From Octopus sinensis (lineage: Eukaryota): a stretch of DNA of 64,000 bases. The notes below the pieces were generated by a model, which ran no database searches, was not told the origin of the DNA, and worked only from the letters and a program-made list of their open reading frames with translations. The position numbers were made by a program, and so were the translations under genes. Within the stretch, counting starts at the first letter, position 1. Every line of letters begins with the position of its first letter. Positions 53,293 through 64,000 of this stretch are shown one piece after another. Where the stretch lies: positions 40,362,001-40,426,000 of the forward strand of contig NC_043007.1 in the NCBI RefSeq assembly GCF_006345805.1, given 5' to 3'.

Positions 53293-53684
53293 CTAGCAGT
53301 ATCGCCCGGCGTTGCTCGGGTTTGTAAGGGAAATAATTATATAAGCATTTTTAGATGTAAAGTATAATAGCCATCTCAATATGGCTAACCACAAAGGGGG
53401 AGGGGTGTTACTGTAGCTTTTTACGTTCTGAGATTTAATAATAATTTTAGAGAGTTACTTCCCTTATAATATGTCAAAAATGGATTAAAAATGGGAAAAA
53501 TTGATGGTAAATTTTTTTTTAATCGTAGACTTATCGTAGACGCGCGCTAATACCCAGACGGTCTCGATATGAATCACGACTATAAGATGCCCGGTTTTGG
53601 TTAAACTGCACCGCAAAATGTGGGAGTAGTTAGGAATCTAAATCGTAGGAGACAGACACACAACCTCACTTTTATATATAAAGA
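53293..53684 (-). mobile_element. Non-autonomous Helitron, sister of 52123-52514
   Basis: A|TCTTTATAT 5' end; CCCGAGCAACGCCGGG hairpin; 3' CTAG directly abuts the TC start of another Helitron. Confidence 0.85.
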
Positions 53685-53748
53685 TTTCCTCTATTTACAT
53701 AATATTGAGGTCTCTTTCTTCTTTTGTTATCTTACTGTTTTTACCAAT

Positions 53749-53802
<54 letters not shown>

Positions 53803-53872
53803 TATATAGTTACAGAGATGTACTTGCATAGCAAGTGACTTGATCTGAGATCGTGTGCTGGAACGAAAACAG

Positions 53873-54130
53873 TTGCAGCGTTGAAGGTGTTTATAAGCCA
53901 TTTAAGAAACACACAAAAACCGTTAGATTCACTTCAACATTTAAATTTAATTTGTCAAAATATTTTCATCGCTTTGAGACCGCGACCTGTTAGCACGATA
54001 TTTTTGTCAGTGAACAGGTCCCGGTCTCAAAGCGACGAAAATATTTTGGCAAATTAAATTAAATGTTGAAGTGAATGTAACGGTTTTTGTGTGTTTCTTA
54101 AATGGCTTACAAACACCTTCCACGCTGCAA
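53873..54130. repeat. Inverted repeat with ~119-bp arms and 21-nt spacer (PLE-like tail-to-tail structure)
   Basis: 53873-53991 is the reverse complement of 54013-54130 with few mismatches; the right arm completes a hammerhead fold. Confidence 0.92.
54003..54053 (+). ncRNA. Hammerhead fold with G3:C8 variant core
   Basis: Stem I UUUGUCA/UGGCAAA; core GUGAACA plus extra G; stem II GUCCC/GCGAC (GUCGC in the sister arm); GAAA; palindromic AAUAUU stem III; UUU triplet. Confidence 0.5.
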
Positions 54131-55193
54131 TATTATATACACACATATATATATATGTATGTATGTATGTATGTGTGTATATGTGTATGCATGTATGTGT
54201 GTGTGTGTGCGTGTCTGTGCTTGTGATTGTCCTCCACCACTGCTTGACAACGAATGTTGGTTTGTTTACATCCCTGTCACCTAGTGGTTTGACAAAGGAA
54301 ACAGATAGAATAAGTACAATGCTTACAAAAATAAAACTGGAGTTGATTCATTAAACTACAATTCTTCAAGGCATTGCCCCAGCATGGCCACAGACCAATG
54401 GCTGGAAAAAGCAGAAGAATAAAAGAATACATTCTATGCTTTGGTCTTATGTTCAAGGCATGAGAAAGCTTGAGTTTACATGAGAAGGCCTAACAGACCT
54501 GGTAGAAACAGCAGCCAAATCTCCCTCAAATCACACCTTACTGTCTTATGTATGTATATATATATGAGCCAATGTCTTATCTATGTATATATGTATGTAT
54601 GAGCCTATGAGGGAGACCCCTACATGGCAGCTAGACATGGTAGAAATAGCAACCAAATCTCCCTCAAATCACACCTTATTGTCTTATCTTTCTGCTACTT
54701 GGATATAGGTGTTATATTCTTCGTAAAAAACTTTCCTGTCACACTCACGCACACGCACACACACACACACACACACGCACCCTCACACACACACACACGC
54801 ACACACACACACACACGCACGTTAGCTTACAATTTTATTTATATATTTGCGTGTCTATGTGTGGAAATAGGAAGTGGGAGGCAGAGTGAAAGAATCACTC
54901 ACTACAGTAAGTGAATTACTTTCATTTTATTCGTTGCCCACTGTGTGTGTGCGTTTGCGTGTGGTGTAAACCAGACTAAGAAAAGCATTTGACACACACC
55001 AGAATGTGAGTTTTCTGTAAATTTTGCTTAATTGGAGTTTAAATTTTAAAAACTGGACCTGGCATGACGCGATGCATTGTACTCTTAAAAATGCTAGGTA
55101 AATTGTAATTGAAGAAATCCTATATTGTAGATTTGTATAACTCCCAAAGGGAGGCAGATAAAATCTGCCTTTTATAATAAGAGATTTATAATA

Positions 55194-55236
<43 letters not shown>

Positions 55237-55434
55237 GTATGTATATATATATATGTATATATGTATATATGTAATATATATATATGTGTATGTATGTATG
55301 TATGTATGTATGTATGTATGTATGTATGTATGATGCTCACGCACATACACATACTGAAATACGATTTGGCTAAAAACACTTGTACACTATGCAAAGCACA
55401 TCCACAGTTCATTCCATTTTCTGTTATTCGCGTG

Positions 55435-55479
<45 letters not shown>

Positions 55480-55814
55480 TGTATGTATTATGTGTTGGTA
55501 GGTAGGGTAAATCCCACCTGTTTCCTCTTGACGTACATCATATTCTATTACTGCAATCCATATGTGTTGATGGTATATATTAAAGTTGAACATTTTGAAA
55601 ATATTGTTTGCAGAGTTATTGTATAACAAAAGAGGAAGTTGGAAAATTTATTGGTATCATTTACTCACCATTACTCGTGTTTCGCTTACGAATAGGAATT
55701 ACAGAAATTTATATGTTAGATAAAAATGTAAAACATTTCCTCTTAGAAATTAAATAGTTGATTAAATAACATTGTTTAATCTCTCTGTCTGAAGAGTTTC
55801 TAATAGGAAATTCC

Positions 55815-56763
55815 GGATCTTTACCTTTTGACCGGCAGATTTAGAAAATAATTTTTTGTAACTAAACACATTCAAACTTCGGATACTGCTAGAATGTATC
55901 ATATAAAACGTCTTTTACTCCTAGCGTTTTTGAAAAAAGTTTATATTTACGAAGTTATTTCGTGTTAAAGTTCTCGTATTTCGGTAATTTCAACCAATCA
56001 ATGACGTGTATTCAGCTGAATAAAATTACTGCTGTTGTTTGTCAACAACAACTTCCGGCGGTGTATATTTCGTTTGTCACTGTTATTTATGACATATTTC
56101 ATCTCAGTTACGTTCGTATGAATAAACGAGTGTATCTGAAGCATGTTTACTTCATGGCACCACCATAATTGTTCGTGCATTTCTACTGCTTTTAGGTTTT
56201 TTTCCCTGTTTACCAGCTACTATTTTCGGAAAGACTCCCCCCATCTGCCCTACCCATCCAATTTCTTCATTTTTCATTTTTTCCGTAACTATAACCCTAA
56301 AACCCCAACCCTAACCCTAACCCTAAAACCCTAACCATAACCCTAACTCTAAAACCCTAACCTTAAAACCCTAACCTTAATCCTAAAACCCTCACCCTAG
56401 CCCTAAAACCCTAACCTTAACCCTAAAACCCTAACTCTAACCCTAAAACCCTAAAGCTAAAACCAGTACAAACGCACGAACGATGTCATAAATAACAGTG
56501 ACAAACGAAATATACACCGCCGATAGTTGTTGTTGACAAACAACAGCGATAATTTTATTCAGCTGAATACATGTCATTGATTGGTTGAAATTACCGAAAT
56601 ACTACAACTTTAACACGAAATAACTTTGAAAATATAAACTTTTCTGAACACCACTAAGAGTAAAAGATGTTTCATATGACACCTTCTACCAGTGTCCGAA
56701 GTTTGAAAGTGTTTAGTTAAAAAGAATTAATTTCTCGATCTGTCGTTCAAAGGGTAAAGATCC
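55815..56763. mobile_element. Same MITE family, longer copy
   Basis: Ends GGATCTTTACC...GGTAAAGATCC; about 170 bp of CCCTAA/CCCTAAAA at 56291-56460; TSD not preserved. Confidence 0.88.
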
Positions 56764-57079
56764 CAGATATATGCTAGATTAACAAATATATTACAATTCA
56801 AGAACGAAAGTACAACTGTCACTATTAGCACAAATCCAGTCAAGAGATAAAGATCAGGTTATTTTTTAGGTTTTCATGACCTGTTCACAATAGAAACATT
56901 AAAACAGCCGAACTTGTGACCCATTCACAATAGAAATACAGAAGCCGCCGAACCTTTGTTTGAATTTGAAATTAAAAGTAGTTTCCATTCCGCGATAGAA
57001 TTGTCGCATATTTATGAACATAAAATAATTTCTCCCCTGCCCCTTCAGTGTATATGATAAATCCAGCCCAGTATTAAAA

Positions 57080-57080
<1 letters not shown>

Positions 57081-57176
<96 letters not shown>
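57081..57176. repeat. (CA)48 microsatellite
   Basis: Uninterrupted 96-bp run. Confidence 0.97.
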
Positions 57177-57177
<1 letters not shown>

Positions 57178-57384
57178 TGGAGGCGTGCGCGTGTGTGAGT
57201 CGTGTCGTTTGTGAGCGCTACTTATGACGTGATCCAGTGCAAACCTGTTTCATGATAGGGTTGTGGAATCCTGCAGTATGAAAAACAATTCTATCAAAGG
57301 GCAGATAAATTTAGAGGAATCTCTTGTCATTCAATAATGATGTACATATGTAAATCAAATATGACTGTATATGGTTAGTGTGTG

Positions 57385-57670
57385 GAGGCGCAATGGCTCA
57401 GTGGTTAGGGCAGCGGAATCGCGGTCGGAGGATCGTGGTTTCGATTCCCGTTTATTGAGCGAAAACACCTAAAGGCTCCACGAGACTCCGGCAGGGGGTG
57501 GTGGCGACCCCTGTTATACTCTTTCGCCCCGACTTTCTCTCACTCTTTCTTCCTGTTTCTTGGGTAACGCTGTGATGGACTGGCGTCTCGTCCAGCTGGG
57601 GGGAATACATACGCCACAGAAACCGGGAAACCGGGCCCATGAGCTTGGCAAGGCTTGAAAAGGGCACATA
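57385..57670 (+). mobile_element. tRNA-derived SINE family D
   Basis: ggcgcaatggctcagtggttagggcagcgg...gtttcgattccc...gaaaccgggaaaccgg. Other copies at 39065-39352 (-), 46395-46598 (-) and 63632-63925 (+). Confidence 0.88.
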
Positions 57671-60174
57671 AAAAATAAAAAATATGGTTAGTGTGATATT
57701 TTCTTTCATTTCATTAAAATGAAGCGCTGAAGAATTTAAATTGATTCACAAATCAGCCACATATAATTTTGATCAGATTGCTTTCAGTTTTGGTGTATCG
57801 ATGCAACTCTGAATTTTGATTACTTTATCTCGTAAATTAAAGAATCTGATGTTATTTAGAATTAAAGTTGGGAAATTTGGGTAATTTTAACCAATCAACA
57901 GACAGTGAGGCATTAACAGCTTGTTACCATAACAACCGCACGTTGTGTTGTGTTTCACTTCACCCGCGTCTGTACCGCACATAGTACTATGTTGATTCTT
58001 TACACCATGAGATTCATTTCAACCGTGTTTTGTTTTAATTTTTTTGTAGTGTGATACAGATAATTTGACAGTATTTTTGCATTCTGTATGCAAAAACATA
58101 TACGATACAGGCATTCTTTTTCTTCGGACAAATTCTTTGTTGACCAGTGATATTCTTATCGTAGTTTCCAAATCCAAGCATGAAAACATTACTCAACTTT
58201 GGAGTTTTGGAGACAGACGCCCCCTTTTCACACACACATGAATGCATTAAAGTATGTATAAACTTATGTATGAATACATACGTCCACATACACTTATATA
58301 TTAACGATGTACACAAATACATGACGTATACATAATACTGAAATACGCATAAAGTAAACATATGCAGACAAATACATTAATATAACAGATTTAAAAAATA
58401 ATAAAAACATACAAAACTCTATGGAAATCAATGAAGAGACAAAAGATACATGCTGACTTATTGAGTAACAGGCCATTTCACAGACGCTAATCTATAAATT
58501 TCACAGAGTACAACCTTAAAGTTGACACCACAACAAAGCAGAATTTTTCTGTCTCACTATTAGCTGAAAATACAGAGTTTTTTCGATTTTTAAACCTCTA
58601 TAACTTTTTCCCTCAAATTTTTTCTCCACAAGATCATGGGTTCATAGCAATAAGAGTGAAAAACTACATCAATATAATCGATTTTCAGATTTTTTACTTC
58701 CTTTAAAAAAATGAAGATTCTGTGAATCCATTTAGCAAGATCCGTTCGTTTAATTTGTACTTGGCATTCCACTGTTATGTCTGAAAAAGGTAAAATTTAT
58801 TCAAATTTTAGAAACGATAGACAAAAGTTGTGAAGGAATAACAGAGCTACAACAAAAATACCATAAAACACTAGGCTAAAAATATATTTCGTGATAATTA
58901 AAATTACATTGGAATGCGTTAAAATTAAATGAGGGGTAAAAACACATAAAAAAAGGAAGGAATTTATCTGACAACCAAATGCTTATTTATTTATTTATTA
59001 TTTATTTATTTTCTTATTTGACAATTCTCAGGTCATCGTAAACTTTGACGCATGAACTATCAAAGATAAGAATATATAAACCAAAATCAATCCTACCAAT
59101 GGTGACTATGATCTGTGGCATTCAAGCCGTAGCCACCTCACCTTTCTCTAACGCATTGCATATCCAGAATTACAATATTCAAGATGTTTCATCCCTCCTC
59201 TATTCAAGATGCTAAGATGTAATTTAAAGGAGATTTGGCTGGTGTTTCTAGCAGGTCAACCAACAACATACACTTGTATTTGAGATAACTATGGCATCGT
59301 TTGTGCCGAAGCCATTTTGACTGTTGTTGTTGTTGTTGTTTTATTGTTGTTTAGCTTCACATCTGCCATTATTGAATATCAGAGTTATAATCAAAGTCAT
59401 TCCAAACATGGCATTTCCATCTTTTTCGTAGGTAGATCCCATCAAAGCTTATAGTATACAAAATGTTCTTTTCTAAGACGGTATCAAGCAGAGCTGGTTT
59501 TAAAACAATTAAGCAGATTTGTTCAAATTGGGCACCGCGCCAAGTGTGGGCCCCGCGCCAAGAGAGAACCTCACACTAAGAAAGGGCCTCACACCAAAGG
59601 AGGCCTCTCCCGCCTACACACTCAAGCGGCGGACGCTATGATGAATTAAACCCTTTGACTGCGTCAAGCAAAAGTACCCACACGATTCTTTTATCTTTTC
59701 GGACGACAAGCGGATATACCTCATGGCGTTAGAAAGACGTCTTATTTAAGAGAATTTTCTGTAAAATGAGTGCCTGGCAACGTCTGATAGGTAAGGTTTC
59801 ATAGTCAGCTCAGCTGAATTATCTCAAGTACAAGGCCTGTTCACAAGCAGTATATCACTAATTATCTTGACTTGTAATAAAACATTAAAACTTTCATGTG
59901 AGCTTTCAAGTTTTAGTATATCATTGTGGCTAACAGAGGCGCCTCCAAGCCCTCAACGCTTTTTGTACCGGTCTAGCGTACTAGACGAAACATAAAACAT
60001 CAATTTTAAGTTTTGGTAGAGTAGAAGGCCCAACTGACAATTCTCTAGTTTGGCCCAGCACTTCCTTGCTTCGGCTCTAGTGGCGATTGCTTAGAGAGAG
60101 ATTTGGTTGCTATTTCAAACGGGCTGAAGAGATGGCAAAAACGTTTCTCTGTTGGCTAATAGTCCTTTTGTTGA

Positions 60175-61090
60175 CTTGTAATGGTGATGGTGGTATTGGT
60201 GTTGTTGATTTTGGCGATGTCTATGATAGCAGTAGTAGTAATGTTGGTGGTGGAATGATGGTGGTAATGTTGAGAGTGGTGGTAAGGGTGATGGTGACAA
60301 TGGTAGTTGCAGTGGTGATAGTGGTAGTTGTAGTGATGATTGTGGTAGTATTGGTTGTGGTTTCGTGGTGTTGGTAGTATTACTGTTGGTAATGATGGTG
60401 CTGACTATGGTGGTAGTGGTAGTGGTAGAAATGGAGGTAATGGTTGTGGTATTAGCAATGGTGGTAATGATTGTGATAGTAGAGGCAGTTGTGTCGGTGG
60501 TAGTGGTGTTGGTGGTGGTTGTGTTAGTGCTGGAAGTAGTGATGCTGTTGTTGTGGTTGTGGTGGTATTAGTGTTGTTGTTGTGGTTGGTGTTGGTGGTG
60601 TTGGTGAAGGTGGTGAGGAAAGATTCAATGAGTAACCATGGCGACAGTAGAGGTGCCAGCAATCTGTAGTGGCGGGTTGAGGCGTGGGAAGGGCCTATAA
60701 GAAACATGGTCAAACCACCACCACCACCAAAATCACCACCACCACAATACCACCACCACCATCACCACCACTACCACCACCACCACTACCACCACCACCA
60801 CCAAAACCTCCATCACCACCATCACTACCACCACCACCGTCGCTGCTACCACCGCCGCCACCGCCGCCGCCGCTGCTGTCACCACCAACAACAGTAGCAA
60901 TACTAATAACAGCAACAACAGAAATAATACTGCAACCACTACCACCTACACAAATGACACCGCACCCACCACCACCACCACCATCACCACAACCACCACA
61001 ACCACTACCACCTCCACCACCACCACCACCAACAACAACAACAACCACATCACTACCCTCACAGCCAGCACCACTATCAACAACAACCGA
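60175..61090. repeat. GGT-rich block followed by CCA-rich block
   Basis: 60175-60620 is (GGT/GTT/GAT)-rich, about 90 bp of spacer follows, and 60710-61090 is (CCA/ACA)-rich. Confidence 0.9.
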
Positions 61091-61284
61091 CACAAACAGC
61101 AACGATATAATCCCATTCATCCAAGATAATCTCCTTGACTTTACAGAGTGCGAAGAAAGACACCGCAGCCATTTCCCAGAACAAAAGAGCTCAGGTACAA
61201 CTAGTCACTGTTTATGTTATTCCGCCTTAGAAAATTAATCTTGTTTGACTCTGATTTAACAAACTAAATTATCTACGACTGAGT

Positions 61285-61766
<482 letters not shown>

Positions 61767-61767
<1 letters not shown>

Positions 61768-62474
61768 CAGGTCATTAAGAATGAAATGTCCGATTTTGAA
61801 CTGAAAGTTTATTTTACTTTATCTCAACAAAATGCTACGCAGTTAATCAAAATATGCACCTAAATTATCAACACAGTTTTGCCATTTTATCAGTAGCTTA
61901 TTTATGCAGACAGCGAAGAATTTTGGAGAACAAGAGGTGATGAAATCATGAAAGGCTGTTTCTGCATCTTCTTCAGATTTGAAGTTTTTTCCTTGTAAAA
62001 TGTTGTCTAATGCCTGGAAAACGTGATAGTCAATTGGTGTAAGGTTTGGTGAATATGGTGGATGACAGAATACTTTCAAGTTCAGTTCCTGTAACTTGAG
62101 TAGCGTTCTTTGTCCAACATGTGGTCGAGCATTGTTTTGAAAGAGAATTCGCCTGTTTCTATTGATCAATCTCGGTTGTTTAATTGCAAGTTTACTCATC
62201 ATTTCATCCAATTGGTTGATGTATATATTCGCTGTAATTAACTTATCAGGTCTCATGAAGCTGTTGTGGATGACATCAGCGCTGGATCACCAAACAGACA
62301 CCATTAGCTTTTTTGGTCAAAACTGTATTTTGGATTGTGGTTTGGCATTTCGTGTCTATTCAACTACCATGCAGAACGTTTGCTATTGTTGAAAAGAATC
62401 CATTTATCATCACACGTAACATTACTATGCAGAAAAGGTTCGCTTTTATGCCATGACAGCAAAGAACAGCAAGT
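61767..62474 (-). mobile_element. Mariner transposase relic with right TIR
   Basis: VTCDDKWILF...QNNARPH...HPPYSPNLTPIDYHVF...KWQNCVDNLGAYFD (decayed D,D34D motifs). TIR-like end TA|TCAGGTC at 61767; cut by the MITE at 62475. Confidence 0.9.
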
Positions 62475-63280
62475 GGATCTTTACCTATTGACCGGCAGAT
62501 TTAGAAAATAATTTTTTGTAACTAAACACTTTCAAACTTCGTATACTGGTAGAAGGTGTCATATAAAACACCTTTCACCCTTAGCATTTTTGAGAAAAGT
62601 TTGTTTACGAAGTTATTTCGTGTTAAAGTTCTCGAATTTCGGTAATTTCAACCAATCAATGACGTGTATTCAGCTAAATAAAATTACTGCTGTTGTTTGT
62701 CAACAACAACTTCCGGCGGTGCATATTTCGTTTGTCACTGTTATTTATGACATATTTCATCTCAGTTATGTTTGTATGAATAAACGAGTGCATCTGAAGC
62801 ATGTTTACTTCATGACACCACCATAATTGTTCGTGCATTTCTATTGCTTTTAGTATTTTTTCTTGTTTTTCAGCTACTATTTTCGGAAAGACTTTTCTGT
62901 CCCTGCCCCTAACCCTCCAATTTCTTCATTTTTCACTTTTTTCCGTAATTCTAACCCTAAAACTTCAACCCTAACCCTAACCCTAACTCTAAAACCTTAA
63001 CCCTAACCCTAACCCTAACCCTAACTCTAAAACCTTAACCCTAACCCTAAACCTTAACGATAGCTCTAACCCTGTCTCTAAAACCCTAACCCTAACCCTA
63101 ACCCTAGAACCCTAACCCTAACCCTAAAACCCTAACCCTAACCTTAAAACCCTAACCCTAAAGCCTTAAAGCTAAAACCTGTACAAACGCAGGAACGTTG
63201 TCATAAATTACAGTGACAAACGAATATACACCGCCGATAGTTGTTGTTGACAAACAACAGCAATAATTTTATCCAGCTGA
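62475..63280. mobile_element. Same MITE family, right TIR truncated
   Basis: Left TIR GGATCTTTACC; about 225 bp of CCCTAA variants at 62950-63178; right arm stops near 63280. Confidence 0.85.
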
Positions 63281-64000
63281 TATTGCACTGGATATGTTGG
63301 GGGCTGATACCCACCTTCTCGTACTGCTAGCTATGACTTCCAGCCCTTCTATAATACCAGTTATCACTCACTCTTCCTTACGTCACACTTTTTATTGACA
63401 ATTATTGGCTCTCTTTCAATGGCCGTCGCGACTTTTCGTCTGTCTGTCTATCTATCTATCTATCTATCTTTTTCTCTTACAAAATTTTGTCGCCCTTCTG
63501 TACTCCTACCCACCACTCTTCTCTATATGACACATTAATGATAGAATCTCATTCTTTACAAAAATTATTAGTCCAGCAAGCCTATAACAGCCGTTAGTAT
63601 TTTTCTCCTGTTAACCTTTATCATTGTGGAGGAACATTGCCTAGTGGTTAGAGCAGCGGACTCGCGGTTGAGGGATCGCCAGTTCGAATCTCAAACCGGG
63701 CGATGTGTGTGTTTATGAGCGAAACACCTAAGCTCCACACGGCTCCGGCAGAAGGTAATGGCGAACTTCTGCTGACTCTTTCACCACAACTTTCTCTCAC
63801 TCTTTTCTCTTGCACCTTGCAGCTCACCTGCGGCGGACTGGCGTCCCCTCCAGGTGGGGAATCTATACGCCAAGGAAACCGGGAAACCGGCCTTATGAGC
63901 CAGGCATGACTTGAAAAGGAACAAGAGACAGAGAGAGAGAGAGAGAGAGAGATCCTTTATCATTATTGCCTCTCTCATTACATTATCTACTTGTCCATTA

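Noticed and set aside
56291-56460. True telomere or chromosome-fusion scar
   Set aside because: Arrays are degenerate and lie inside TIR-bounded MITE copies.
60684-61238. Proline-rich 184-aa ORF
   Set aside because: Derived from CCA repeats; overlapping frames are equally open.

Overview
AT-rich, repeat-dense animal genomic DNA, most likely Octopus (coleoid-type tRNA-derived SINEs, microsatellites; inferred from repeat content, not from a search). One host gene is supported: the 5' part of TRIP11/GMAP-210 on the minus strand. It has four coding exons (35001-34908, 26930-26854, 11472-11362, 4160-4028) with consistent phases, introns of 8.0, 15.4 and 7.2 kb, and a housekeeping-type promoter near 35340-35390; the gene continues off the left edge. 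The rest is a mosaic of SINEs, decayed LINEs (RTE, CR1/Jockey-like, Tx1/L1-like, RLE-type), Penelope-like elements (PLE), mariner relics, Helitrons and GGATC-ended MITEs carrying telomere-like repeats. Best leads: (1) a PLE unit joining a tRNA-like Pol III head to a minimal type-I hammerhead ribozyme fold; (2) a second hammerhead fold with a swapped G3:C8 core inside an inverted repeat; (3) a phase-compatible partial duplicate of TRIP11 coding exon 1 lying 6.3 kb upstream; (4) a 5'-inverted Tx1-like LINE resembling twin priming; (5) MITEs with 8-bp TSDs carrying (CCCTAA)n. All calls were made by eye, and repeat boundaries are approximate unless junction bases are quoted.
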